Shown here: in pieces, positions 1-13,760 of the stretch
Layout: every line of letters begins with the position of its first letter
Position numbering within the stretch: the first letter of the stretch is position 1
NCBI GenBank assembly: GCA_043228905.1
Contig: JBHGNT010000001.1
Coordinates: 5,518,001-5,582,000 of the forward strand
Source of the DNA: Azolla caroliniana
Lineage: Eukaryota; Plantae; Polypodiophyta
Direction: 5' to 3'
DNA: 64,000 nucleotides
Made by a program: the position numbers and the translations under genes
The notes under the pieces: generated by a model
Databases searched by the model: none
What the model was told of the DNA's origin: nothing
What the model saw: only the letters and a program-made list of their open reading frames with translations

Positions 1-1859
1 GTCAAGACTTTTCTTACATTGACAAATATTGATAGAAGAGATTAATATAATTTCAGTCGAATTCATGTTTAGCTTTCTATATGCAACATGGTGCTTATGT
101 AATGAGACATTATGTGTAAGAGAATTTCGAAAGACTTATCCCCAAAAATGACCGCTATAGAGTTACGCAATTATCTTTCAAATAAATATAATTTGTGCTT
201 TGCAGTATGGCACATTGGTGGTAGGTTCAATTATAAAAAAATGAGGTTTGAGGGCGTGCTCATTGTAAGAATTCCTCATATATCTAGTTAATCATATCTT
301 GCAAACATTAATAGCCTTCCGGGTGTGACACAAGACATTGGTTAACTTTTCCATGGCACCAACAGTGAAAACGATGGCATTGAAAAAACTCTCTCGTTTA
401 ACGTTTTTTCTCAATATGGAGACATTTGTAATGCATCATTACTACTTTTTTTCTACTTAAGGTTGGAATCTATCTCCTCATTGAATATAACTCGTGTTCT
501 TTGTCAACTTGATTCATTTTTTACCCTTACAATCTATTTTTCATCTAATCACATGTTAATAACTTCTTGGTTAAAAAGATTCCTACCATGCATCATCTAT
601 TCTCTCACATTTTCTTTTTTTAGGATTGTACTCTCATTAAATGCATGCTTGTGTAAATGGTCTAGACTCTACCCTTATCAAGTCTCATGGGTGCCGTATT
701 GTTTCACAAACACACATTCATGTTTTAAGATCTTTATTGCTATGCTTGTTTATAAGATTTTATGAGCTGCCCACATTTTTTCCCCCCAAGAAGTGAACAA
801 GCTATAAGATGTATATTATTTTGTTCTCGTGAGTTACACTGACTTGTGTAGATGGGTTAATGCACCTCTCCTTTCTACAAGATGGTTGCAATTCCCTTCA
901 ACCAAGGCTAACAATTTCCTATTAGAAGGAAACTTGTTTGAATAGTCAAGGAAAAGACCTTGACATTGCAAAGCAATTTCATGAGATGTAAAGGGAAATT
1001 TGCAGCTTGAAGAGTTTATAGATCTCTTGATTGATAGTTTTTGGGTACTTCACACAACTTGAAGGGTTTACACATCTATCACTTGATAGATTTAATTTAT
1101 AATAACAACCTTCATTTTTTGTTTTTTAGATTCTATCTAGATTATGGAAATCTTGAGAAGTGCAGACAATTCAGCTCACTCTAGCAAATTGATGTCTTTT
1201 GCATGTAAATGTGTAAGAAATAATAATTAGCATAACAACCATTTTGTAATATGTCGAGATGTTGGAATACACTAACAAATATGTTTTCAAGCTGTTTGGT
1301 TGTATTGTCTCATGGCTAGATTGGCAAGCTATGTGGAGTATTTTGACATGACCTAGAAACATTTGACCTATGTATGCATTATGTATTTAAATACCAATGA
1401 CCAAACTGGTTTTTGAAAATTACAACATACATAAATAGAGGTAAGCATTAGGCAACATTAACTTCATATTGTTTCTTGGCCAAATTTATACATAAGGTTA
1501 TTTTTTATGTTCTCACAAATTGCCATACATTTTTCTTTTTTACTATGTTTTTGTTTGGGAAACCATGTTGCAATGGATATTACTTGGTCCTCCACCCAAA
1601 TGAGGTGCCAAGACGTTTGCTATAGATAATAGTGTGGGACAGGGATTTCGAATTCTAAGGTACAAAATATTTTGTTCCCTTCATATATGAAATTTTGAGT
1701 TGAGTATAGCAAACTTGGCTAGAAATATGCAAATTGATAAAAGAAAGTTTGTTACCATTAACTTGATTCTTCATGAAAAATGTACAAAAGATGACAGAAA
1801 ACAAAGTGATATCTCTTACGCTATTGTATTCCCTCAATTAGGACACCTGAGAGGGAAAA

Positions 1860-1893
1860 TGGCAACTTGATTGGCCTAGTGTGAACCCCCCTA

Positions 1894-1942
<49 letters not shown>

Positions 1943-2116
1943 CTTTTTTACATGATCTCTTGTCCATAATATTGTGAGTAATGAAATTGCCATCTTTGGC
2001 ATTGTGGATTGGTGATATGTACCACCACATTGTTTCTTTTAATGTTTTGTTGCAATAATGTGTAGTGCATCATATCACGTTTGGGTTACATTGAATCCAA
2101 TAAGTGGTATTAGAGC
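1860..2116 (+). mobile_element. Degenerate LTR-retrotransposon (copia-like) LTR 3' end plus primer-binding site
   Basis: ccaataagTGGTATTAGAGC (PBS 2105-2116) has one mismatch to the tRNA-iMet PBS TGGTATCAGAGC. It is preceded by U5-like sequence and a (GT)n(GA)n tract. No coding region follows and the 5' boundary is unclear. Confidence 0.35.
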
Positions 2117-3260
2117 TCATGAAAAAACACCAAGTAGACTTTAAGGTCTCTAAGGCTCACTAAACTACAATAATCTTAAACACTCCTTAATGACAGAAGG
2201 AATGCAATACTCTCAAAATAGGACTGAGAAAAACCACTTTCTATTAATGCAATACTTTCTGGTGAGCAAAAGAGAGCTCACCAGTAATATTAAGAAGTCA
2301 CAGTAATATGAAGTGGACAGCTGTGACAGTAGGACACATGAAATACTAACAAACAGACTTGATCAAACCAACAAAAATTTGAGGAAACATGTATGAGTAA
2401 AGTTTGATGACGGAAGTCAACAAACCTAGAAATTGGAGCACACCTGGAGCACTCTTGTACTAAACATTGGGGAATAATCATATATTTTGATCACGACTCT
2501 CTTGTACTAAACATTGTTTATTGGCGGTAGTTTAACCTATGTATCATATTTTCCGATGTCCCTCTTATTTCTCTTGTACCAGATGACTGGACGTATTCAG
2601 ATTGATTGCCTTCAACAGAATACACACAATAGCACTTCAAGAATAATGACAATTTCACTTTGCTGAACAAGTAATGCAAGAAACTCGCTACTTGTCCGAG
2701 AAACAAGTATACAATCGGTAAACAAATGCTTCAGAAAAGGTGCAATTAAGATGTCACATCCAATTTCTATGTGGAAACCTAAAGATATAGACTATCGATG
2801 TTCCACACAATGAGAACTTACTGACAATAACAAAGGGGTGAATTGTGTCATGCCCGACATGTATTCATGACAATTGGCCGAATTCAATTAATGCTAAATA
2901 TCTATGCTTTACATAAATTTAGTATTCGACCTTGAAATGCATCAACCTAATAATCATAGAATCCACTCTTCTCTCTTTTCTCTGCATTAATGGTAGCATG
3001 ACCTCCTCATGAATGCAAATCACCTATAATCAAGTTGGAAAAGTTTTTATATTAACGATAGTTTTAAAAATCAACAGAGAACAATTACTTTATAAACTGT
3101 TTCATCTGTTCTGCAATAGAACAAACCAGATAGCTTTATGCATTCTGGTATTGGCAAGGCAAATATGGGTGTTGCATCCAACAGCTAACCACATAAAAAA
3201 AACTACAGCCAAAATTACCACGAATATATGTAAAGGTATGTACAAAGAGTCAGTGAAAGG

Positions 3261-6200
3261 TCAGTCTAGTAAATATGCCATCCTTGATGATAAAGTTGAG
3301 CCCACTGCTTGCGTATACTTTTGTAGATCAGACACTAGAACATCTATATATTTTTGTGGTATAGATGTCCGAGCTTGTAAATGCTTCAAAAACACGAAGT
3401 GCAAAGTAAAAATGAACTTCAAAGATTTCTAAAGATGAGTCCACAACTAGGAAGAATAGAAAAGTAACATCATAAGCTTGTAAATGCTTTCAAAACATAA
3501 ATTGCAAAACATGAAAAAGCTTCAAAATGAATAGGAATGAGTTCAAAACTCCTGTAAAATATGAGGCTCGTTTGTGTTTTGCAATTTGTGTGTTTGAAGT
3601 GTCTACAAGCTTGTGATGGTATTCTCATTTTTACTGAAAGCCTGTAAATGCTTCAAATACAAAATGCAGAACACAAAAAGAGCTTCAATATATTATAAGA
3701 ATGGACCAAAACTAATGAGAATGAGAAACTAACATGCAATCACACTTCGTCATAGAATGATGAATTAAGAGGTACCTTCACTTGTAGGTATTGATGACCG
3801 AGCTTCACTAAAACATTGCTTACATCTTCTGATTCTTTACTGCTACTTGTTGCCTCTGCATTTTGTGTATGACCATTATGATGTTCCTTCACTATAGCTT
3901 CATCACTAGCTTGGCGTCCTTGGCTACTATCCCATGCAGATAGCTTTTTCTTTGCACTAGTATTTAAGATATCTGAGAGACACACAAAAGGCTGCTTGTC
4001 AAGAAGGGGTTGACATAGGTGAAATGGTACCCACCTGCATCAACTCAATATATGAGCTTCCTCTTATTATATTTCATAAGATCATGCATGCAATACATAT
4101 GAATAGGCATCTTTTATGTTCTGTTTTAAAGAAGTGGTTGTATTATGACTTACTGGAACCTCACTGGACATAACAATTCTGATGGATGATATGCCCCTTT
4201 ATATCGCATTTTGGGACAAGAATGTATGTAGTACCCGAGGTAATAATATTCCAAAGACGGACAATCTCGATGTGCTTTCTTCACCCATTCAATCTCTTGT
4301 AAAGCAGAATATTTCCCAAGCGATAAAAAAGCAAGATCTGGATCCCAAAACAAGTATTTGCTTGATAAACAATAAGGTAAAATATCTACCACACCAACAG
4401 CAACAAGGCGCCCATCGATCAAGTATTGTTGATGAAAGGATCCAAAACCACAGAAAGTGCTTTCAGATCCAGATGGAGGAATAAACTTAAGTGGAGTGTT
4501 CACAAGGAACCTTACATACGAGCCTTGACTGACATCCTCAGGCTTGTCATTATGAACTCCTATCTGATACCTCTTGTATAAATCAAATTCTTCTGGATCA
4601 AATGCTGATCTTTTCATACGGATTTCGAGAACACGTTTCAGTTGCATGGAGCTAGGTATTTGCAAGAATGATGATGATGATGCATTCTCTATTGCAGTAT
4701 TATTAGAGGTGCTTTCATATTTACAAGCTGCTTCCCCTGAATCAGAAGTAGATGGTTTTCTACATATAAAATTGAGGTGACCCTTGCATGCCTCTATTTG
4801 AAACTCGCTAATTTGCACATGGTTTTCTAGCAAAGAAGCAAAACGCTCAGCTAATAGAACTGAAAGACTCTCTAAGTTGACTTTTCCCATATCTCTAATT
4901 TGGTCACCTTGTTGAAGAACCTTGTTAATTACTGCAAAATCATTTTGCTTCAATAAAGTAGCTGCACATGGAAACGCAATATTACAAGTATAAAGGACAT
5001 CTCCTGCTGATGACATAATCCGTTTTCTCATGCTTGGTTTGAGTTCATGTACAACAATTTCTGGAAAATCAACGTCTTTAAAACAATCACTAGACAGAAA
5101 AGCAGATACCATTGCATCTTGAACTGCATCAGAAATTTTTTCAACATTGCCATCCACATTTCCCAGTTTCCTCTTCACCTTAAATTTTCTGTTAACCAGC
5201 ATGGGTTCTTTATTCTTGTCTGGTATGTTTGACATACAAGCAACATCATCATCACCTTCAATATCTCCTTTATAAGTTCCATCCAGGTATCTGTTCAACG
5301 GAAAGAACTTTAGGGTTTAGGGTTCAGTAAGAAATGCAAATCCCTTCTAGATAATGATTTTACACATGCACAAATGGAAAACAGATTTTTGCTTTTCCTC
5401 TTAACCAATGAGCATACACAAACCTCTGCATGCGCCGTAGTACACGCCGCTGTTCTCTCGACATTTGGAATGACTCAGCTTTAAGCCTTATTGTATACGC
5501 TGGACAGCAGGTTCTTTCCATTTCGGGTCTGTACAAAAATGCTCCAGATCTTCTCCATCCACGATCTAGCAAATCTTTGAAAGAACAAATTTGGCTTGCC
5601 TTAGAAGTCACAAGGGCACATCCAGAATATATTGGCTAATTTTTTGTTAAAAATGATTACCTTGATAATCATATACAGATAAAGAATATGCTTGTATCCC
5701 TGCCAACAATGAAGCACAATTAAAAATGAGAATTCTCTTATAGCTTACATATCCAAGAGAAATTGTAGCTTCTTTTCATACATACACAATAAACCTATGT
5801 TCACAACTAAACGCTTGGCTTTGATCACATGTTTACATGTGTCATGTATAGCCCTCTGTGGACCAATTTATGTGTAGAAAATGAACACAACACCTTAGTC
5901 TTTAGTGACCAATTTTATCTACTTAATTACCACAAAACCAAAGACACATAATAAACATGCAGAGGTACGAGATGTACATTCGAACAAGTCATCAATGTAC
6001 ATTTGCTCATTCATATAGAATGTGAAAAAATCGTTCACTAGTTACATAATTAGACATAAGATCAGTGTAATTATTTATTACCGAAGCAATTTATAATTGA
6101 ACAGTATATCTGTCTCCCTTCAGATTTATTGGGCATCAAGAGTTTTAAAACGAAATAAAACTAGAAACTATGAACATTCTTCTTGATGTCAACAGTCCTA

Positions 6201-8168
6201 ACCTAACCTGTATGTATCTTCAGACACAAATTACAATATCATTATTTAACCTCTATATATCTTGGCATCAAGAGTTTTAAATACGCAGGAAAACTAGAAC
6301 CTATGGACATTCTTCCTGATGTAAACAGTCCTAAGGGAACCTTCAGACTGAAATTAGAATATCATTATTTAACCTAATTTTCTCTCTCTCTCTCAAGTTA
6401 GTCTCTTACTCTATGCAGACGACATTGTCTTGCTCTCGGAGTCGGAACACGACCTACAAAAGCATCTTAATGCCGTAGATTACTTTTGTACACAATGAGG
6501 ACTGGTCGTGAATCTAGCGCAAACTAAAGTCCTTATCTTTTATACATCGTCCCGAGTTAGGAGTAAATGTCACCTAATCCTCTCTCATAAACTAGTTGAG
6601 GTAGTTGGATCATATGTATATTTGGGAGTCACTTTTAGTGCTCGCTCAGGTAAATTCTCGATGACCCAGGCAGCCAAAGATAGGCTAACGAAAGGGTATG
6701 CATCCCTCTCACTCTTAGAGAGACAATGCCACCAGGCATACTTTCAAGAGCCACGGACTAAGGGATGGCTCTTCGCCTCATTAGTGACCCCTTCCCTCAT
6801 GTATGCATCAGTAGTATGGGCTCCAGGTCTACCATCTTTCACGTGAACGCAATCAGAGAGACCTTTGGTGACGATGTTATCACGTCAACTCCGAAGCAAA
6901 TCGACAATACCACATGACATTATTAGAGCAGAGTTCAATCTGCCCCCGATGTTAGTAGAAGCACTTTTTCAAGTGACAGTTTTTATTCATCGGATACGTA
7001 GCCAACCACAATATAGGATATCCCGTCGAGCGTTTGAGGCATCCCAATCCCTACATGCGTCTAGAGACACTAGCTCTTGGTATAGCACTGTGGTGAGTTG
7101 GTTACTTGCAAACGGCATAGACATTAATTGCCTACCTCCCCTTAAGTACAACCATGGGACTGATCAAACTCTAATATCTCATGAAGATTGTAATAAAGTG
7201 ATACGCCAAGAAATATGGCAAATTTGCACTCGATATAAATGGATCACCCCACGAGAGCCAATCCCATCTAAAATGTTGTACTATAAGGAACATTTCTTGC
7301 ACTTCTCTAAGTTAGGTTTTATTACACGACCAAGATATCTAGATACATTCTTATCAAATGCACTAAGGGTGGCCATTGGACAACTTAGGATATCATCTCA
7401 CCAACTTAAGATTGAGAATGGTCGGGCTAATAGAGTCCCTAGAGAGGAAAGGCTATGTAAGTTATGCCACATAGAGATAGAGGATGAGTATCACTTCACA
7501 TGCAAGTGCCCAACTTATGCCGAGCTATGGGCAAAATACAAAGACATATTAGGACCCTCTCCAAACCTCTCAGAACTATTAGATACCCGGATGTAAAGAG
7601 ACTGGGTAGGTATATCTTAGAGCTAAAACAACATAGAGAGAATAAATTACAAAGTGTTAACCATAACCCTTTTACTATTCATCAACATGTAACTAGTGTA
7701 ATTTTTTAGGAACAAGGGGAGACGATGAATGTGGATACACTTACGCCGCTCGGCCTCTCTCTTGAGGAAGCCAAAATGCAAAGAACAACCAAACGCCCTC
7801 GAATGTTGGGCTTCAAAACAAGTCGACACGGAGTAGAAAAGATTAAGAAGATAAGGGAACGTGAGCTACGTCAACTAGAAGCTATGGTTGGGGTACCTTT
7901 TACATTGAAACCCTTTAACCTCTCGCTTCTCTTCGAGAGACTTGGATGGAAATGAAATTAGGCCTAGTATAACATCATTTTCATTGTAGAGCATGTTTTT
8001 ATATAGAACATGTTTGTTATTTTATTAGAGATATTTAGCTTAAAACTCTATTTTTATCTTATTTTATTTTATTTTATTTTATTTTTTTACTTTCGATAAA
8101 TGGGTAAATATCCCATTTTTTGTTGTAAACCATTTGTCTCATGGGCCAATTTTGGCCTTAGAAGACGT

Positions 8169-8219
<51 letters not shown>

Positions 8220-8668
8220 TATATATATATTCCGAAGGATGCTGTCACTATCTAGTTTCTAATTTTCATGTTTGAGCACAAAAATATGAAGGATACAGCA
8301 CAAGAATCATATATTAGATCCTTAACTATCACAAAATTCCAGCAATAGTTCCATGTGGTGAGTCTGCTTTCCAAATTCTAGTTATATGTATGAGCGTGCA
8401 TGTTCCCCATTTGGCAATATTCTTGCCATGTGGAAGGAAGAATTAACAAATAAATTTTTCCCAAGAACGAGTACAATTTTATTGTACAAGCTAAACAAAA
8501 TTTCCATAGTTAGATACCAAACTTGAAGTTACAAGAAACATTTTGTGAAGCCTACTAAATAAGAGTATAATAGAAGTTACCATATGAGACACCAGTTTTT
8601 GCTTTTGAGTTACAATAGCCACATGAACTTGCATATACGCCATACTCTTTAACAACACTTTTGTCCAT
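3261..8668 (-). CDS. ATE1: Arginyl-tRNA--protein transferase (N-degron pathway), 6 coding exons, ~598 aa
   Basis: Phase-consistent GT-AG exons: 8581-8668 (MDKSVVKEYGVYASSCGYC), 5661-5699, 5424-5574 (DLLDRGWRRSG..YRPEMERTCCPAYTIRL), 4154-5290 (FGSFHQQY..DGRLVAVGVVDILP..SSKYLFWDPD..GYYIHSCPKMRYK), 3776-4034 and 3261-3383 (ends SSRMAYLLD*). Both ATE_N and ATE_C motifs are recognisable. Confidence 0.93.
3372..3700. repeat. Direct and inverted degenerate copies of the ATE1 last acceptor-site region
   Basis: Units resembling agcttgtaaatgcttcaaa...tgcaaa occur at ~3372, ~3475 and ~3640, with an inverted copy at ~3565-3612. Confidence 0.7.
6132..6375. repeat. Tandem duplication, 2 x ~130 bp, in an ATE1 intron
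   Basis: ggcatcaagagttttaaa...aacagtcctaa...cttcagac...tatcattatttaacct starts at 6132 and again at 6264. Confidence 0.85.
6394..8216 (+). mobile_element. 5'-truncated non-LTR retrotransposon (RTE-X-like LINE), antisense in an ATE1 intron
   Basis: RT motifs LLYADDIVLLS, VNLAQTKV and YVYLG are present, plus the C-terminal LRISSHQLKIENGR..PREERLCKLC..EDEYHF..CP zinc-knuckle motif. It has in-frame stops and a frameshift, and is flanked by (CT)n tracts at both ends. Confidence 0.85.
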
Positions 8669-9323
8669 GCCTTAGGGTATCTCTGCAAGAAATCAACGCT
8701 AAATATTTTTGCATCCGACCTTTCATATATGCATCCACTTTCATCCATACCCTACAGTGTACTACAAGGAAATTGAATACTCTCCCTCTTCCTCTCCAGA
8801 AGTATACACGTGTACATAATTCATAGTAATCTGCTGCTTCTCTGGGTTCTGGGCTCCCTCACAAAAAAAAAAAACTTTTCTTTTCTACTGGATACTTAGA
8901 AGACATAGATGTGTAGATGATTTGTCTCCGCTCATCGGCTCGTATTTTACTCTAGTACACATAATATCACTCTGACTTTGTCTCTATATGACCATTGCTT
9001 GATGCACAGGCAAAGGCCCAAAGGAAGTAATTATACGTATGCTATGTAAGTTTCTGCAAGGCCAAAATGGAACACTCATGAATGTATCTTGCTCAAAAGA
9101 TTGCATAAACCCATCAAAGCGACGTCGTAGTTTCTCAGAAAAGAAGGAGGGGTAAAAATAAACCACTTTGCTTGCCCCAAACAGATTCAAAAAGAAAAAT
9201 CCAAGAAAGGTAGAGGGATAAATAAAAATAAAGAAACAGAAATCCCGGATCTACTACTATTCAAAGGAAAATCAACAGAGAAGGAAAACGTCTGATTAAT
9301 TGTAAGGAGGAAAGGGAACTTAC

Positions 9324-9410
9324 GTGAGGAGCAGGAGGATGCGTCGGCGAGAAGGAAGAGATGCTGCTCCAGAACTGAGTCTCGACTCCCTCACGCAGAC
9401 TAATATGATG
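9324..9410 (-). other. Probable 5'-UTR exon of ATE1
   Basis: A CT-rich, GC-richer segment ends in a GTAAG donor (9319-9323). A matching ttcttgcag acceptor lies at 8683-8691, with the exon starting 14 nt before the ATG. The 5' end is approximate. Confidence 0.55.
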
Positions 9411-10187
9411 CTGCCAAGGGTAGAACGTGTAAATATCACGAAACCTCAATATCATTTACATAGCTTGAGAATGAAGATCGCCCCCTTAACTTTTCCAAAA
9501 TAACGATATTACCCCTATGTCTTCCGCTGACTTTAACGATCCATGGGACCCCCCTTCTCCTTGCACAATGCGGTGGCGTAGTACCATTCTCTCCATATTA
9601 CCCATGGAATTGCCACCAAGAAAAGCCAATCATTCGTTACCTACGAAAACCCCCACCTTCGAATGTGTCCATTAGCATGTTGATCGTGTTATTATTGTTA
9701 GTTACCCTTATCGTTCCTTCGGTATATCGCTAGTAAAGTCTACTTATTACCTAGGCATTCTTTTAGATTGTATTGGGTTGGGCTACTCCTATTTGTTTGG
9801 GCTAATAAGGCTCGATAAAACATATTTAAGGTGGCGGGTTAGGCCGCAATATGAGCTTAAACACACCTCATGGGATATAAAAATAAAAACAAAGGGTAAA
9901 TTAGTGATTTTGGAACCATAAACTAATACCTAAAATCAATCTTAAGATAGATTGGATCCACGGTGATAAAAGGTAGCTTCATTGTAGAAATTTTGAGAGA
10001 AGAAAGGTCCCATATGTTTTCCAAGGGTTACGGTTCTTATCTTTTAACAATCATCATTAATTTAGCTCATTTGATTGCTATGATAACGATAAGTTAGAAT
10101 TAACGATCTTTAACCTTTGTGAATAAGGACATTATCCCTATTCATGACATGATTCGTGTGCAAACGCGAGTGTTTAAGGGGATCTAG

Positions 10188-10348
10188 ACTATAATGGTAT
10201 TAAAAACTATTGTTTTTAGCATGTCAAATTTGCCTCATATAGGCATGCATACGTCCTTTAGTATTCTACTATCATGGTATTCGAAAACTCTTGTTTTTAG
10301 CATGTCAATTTTGCCTCATATAGGCATGCATATGTCCTTCAATATTCT
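10188..10348. repeat. Tandem duplication, 2 x ~80 bp
   Basis: actat(a/c)atggtatt..aaaact.ttgtttttagcatgtcaa.tttgcctcatataggcatgcata occurs twice. Confidence 0.85.
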
Positions 10349-10911
10349 TATTCTTGATTATATTCTTCTTCTTTAGGGTATTGTTGGAACTTCTTTGTTC
10401 TTTTTTAAACAACGGTGTATCCACCTACAATATTTGTGTTGTAATTTTGTTAGACATAACTAATCGTGATTGGTAATGCTTAAACTCCGAACTATAAATG
10501 ATCTATTCATTTACGAAGTGAACATGATTTGAAGCCTATGCCAAGTTTAGGGTGTGAGACTTTTTAAGTAGCTTAAAGATACAATTTTTTGGTAAATAAA
10601 ACAAAAGTATACGAATACAAATTCTCATATAGAGGCCCTTAGTTAGAGCATGTGTTTCGTGTTTATACTCCACATATCTCCATGTAAACATGCATGCGTA
10701 TCAAAAGATGTTGTGCAATGTTGTGAAGCTAGTAAAAGTATATTTCTTCAACCAACTCAATCTATGGAAATGAGAATCACGATACAATCAATGAATGGTA
10801 TATGTACTAATATGACCAAATAACAACAAGATGACGACACAAAGATTGTCAATTTACAATGACATTATCGCCTATCGATATTATTTCTATGCTCAACTTT
10901 CAACGTCTACC

Positions 10912-13760
10912 CTAAGGATTTGTAAAAGCATCATCACTTTCTAGTCGATGCATAATCTCCATTGGCAGTGCTAAAACTACATCAATATTAGCACGAACAT
11001 CACTACCAGGAAAGAAAATGATTTTTCCTGCATCCTCAGCACTTGGGCATCGAGCTACATAAGGCTTGCCCCAACCAAAGTCAAGTTTGAAAATGGGAAA
11101 GTTAGGAGAGCTCGATGCTCGAATACGTGCGCCATTCAACATGCATGTTTTAAAGATGGCATCTCGATCATAGACCTCCAACCAATAGAGAAAACTATAA
11201 AATGCATCAGTGTTACATGCAAGTATAGATCTATGTATACGTTGAGTTGTGGCGGCAAGGTCTTCATCTTCCAACTCTCCAACTGTAGCAACTGCAATGG
11301 TCCACATTAATGCATTACCAAAGTAGGCATCTCCCAGGGGTGGTTCTACTCGTCCTCTCATGTTAACAATAGAAATGAAACCCACTTTCTTATCTCGCAC
11401 GTGCCTCCTCGCTTTAGTAGTGTGCTTCCATATGTGCGCACAAATCATCTCATAGGATGTGTTCTTTTCGTGTACCTTTGATTTCAACATATCAATTGTG
11501 CCCTTTCTAAAGCGGAAAGTATTAAGCTTGATATGATTCCCTTTATCAATAGTTCTCTCTTCATCCTCCACGTGCTCAAGGTTTAGCATGGCCTTGTCTG
11601 TTGATGGATTCTCAATCTTCAATAAAGAGCGAGCATGCATTGGAGGCATTGAAATGGGTTCACCTCTTGCACACTCTGCCCAAGAATTCATGAAGTGCCA
11701 CAATGAGGTGCCATCGCAAATGACATGGCTTTGTGCAATCCCAAGTGCAATGCCACCACAATCAAATCTTGAAACCTAAATTCCTCAAAAACATTCAAAT
11801 TTAGAATTGACCTAGGAATGTCTCTTTCATGTTTATACATTTATAGACATTATATGCATTTATTTATTAGTATTGCCTTGTAACACAACACACTTTGTAG
11901 AGTGGAAAATATGTGATGCTTTTGATGTATTTATCTATTAACATTGCCTTGTAAACAACACACTTTATAGAGGGGAAAATATGTGACACTTTTGATGTAT
12001 TTATTGATTAGCATTGCCTTGTAAACAATACTCATTCCAGAGTGGAAAGTATGTCAACCTCGCTCTAAAGCCATTGTTGTTAGTGCGCACGATCTCAAAC
12101 TAAATTTATGCTTAACTTTTCACAATATTCCTAAAGGCTAAAATTATGACCATCTTTACAACACCAACTCCATTCATTGAGACTTCAACCCAAAAACATT
12201 GAGGTTGTAAAGCATAAGTTTTAACTCAAGAGTACCATGGTCCCATTGTCCATGTGGATGTTATTATTTGTGAGGAAATCTAAACTCTCTTTAGAGAATC
12301 ATGTATAACTTATTTCTTATAAGGGCAACACATTGCATATAAAATCTTTTTGATTAAAAAAGAAGTGAATGAAGTAACATTAATGGCATTCATAAGAGGA
12401 GCATTGTTCACATTCATTTCCCAACACTAGGCCAATCAAATCTCAATAGGTGTCCAAGAATTCTTAGTCCAATAATCTCTAGGAAGCCAACCCATGAAAA
12501 TTGAGCTCGAGGGTGCCAACCTCTTAGAAGTCCACTTTTTCTATAACTCCATTGACTTTTGTTCTGGGTGATGGAAGGGTTTTTGGAAGCAGATCATTTC
12601 CAATTTTGTGCTTCCTAGGGAATAAATGTACATAAACTAATGTTCCTGGTATCATGATCGATACAATGATGATGTATGTTCTATCGTGTGTGAGGATAAT
12701 GTGATCCTTTATTGGGAGCTAACATGATTATAACCCATTTGTTAAGGTTGTTCAATGCAAATCGCATAGTCATGCGTTCGACCCCTAGATTTAGCATAGG
12801 CAACTACAGAGCACTGTACATGGTGAGTTTTTGAACCAAAAGTGCATAGGTTAAAAACACTTCCTTACCACTAGGTAAGAAATACTATACAAAAAATGGG
12901 GGAATTAAAGTTTTGTGAATAAGAGAAACACATAAGGAAAGTGGGCACCCGTGACCCCACCCCTTTCATGTCCACCCCACCCCCTACATGAATGTAAGCT
13001 TCCTTTCTACACGCCACACTCGCTAGGACGAGAGAAGACATATTATCACATTCAAACATGGAAGAGAATAAATGATCACCTTCATGATTGAACAAGATAT
13101 TGTCAACATCGTAGTACGAGGAGGGGTAGCATCAATATTTACGCTAATATCACAAGGGGTAAGATTGATATTCCTAGGTAATACGAGAGCAAGGGGTAAG
13201 ATTGATATTCCTAGGTAATACGAGAGAGACGGAGAGAGGGAGAGGAATAATGGGTTCGGTTCACACCTGGATGAACAAAGGTGGCACCGAGGCGTAGTCG
13301 ATGGGGTTGACCTTGGGGACAAGTTGGTCGAAGAAGGGCGGTTGGGAGCCGGAGAAGGCGCCATCGCGTTGGAGGTCAGCAAGTGTGACGCCGCCCTCCA
13401 CGGTGGCCTCCAAGAAAGCCACGCCCGAGTCATTGCAATCGAGGTGAAGGCGGGCGCCATCGGGGCAAGGATTGAGGCGGCCGGCCAGAGGATAGAACAC
13501 ATCGAGGGCCGACGCGAGGGACCGCTTGAGCGTGGCCACCATGTCCATGCCCATGCCCATGCCCATGTGCTCGTAGAAGAGGAGGCGGCGGTTGTGGGGC
13601 ATTTGGCGGAACATGATGTCTATCCCTGACAAGAACATTTCTTCTCCTCCTCCTCCCTCCTCCTCCTCCTCCTCCTTCTTCTTCTTCTGCTGCTTCTCCC
13701 TCGTCGCCGGTCTCACCATCTCTTCCTTCACCACGCGCACTCGTATCTCTCGCTCGCTAC

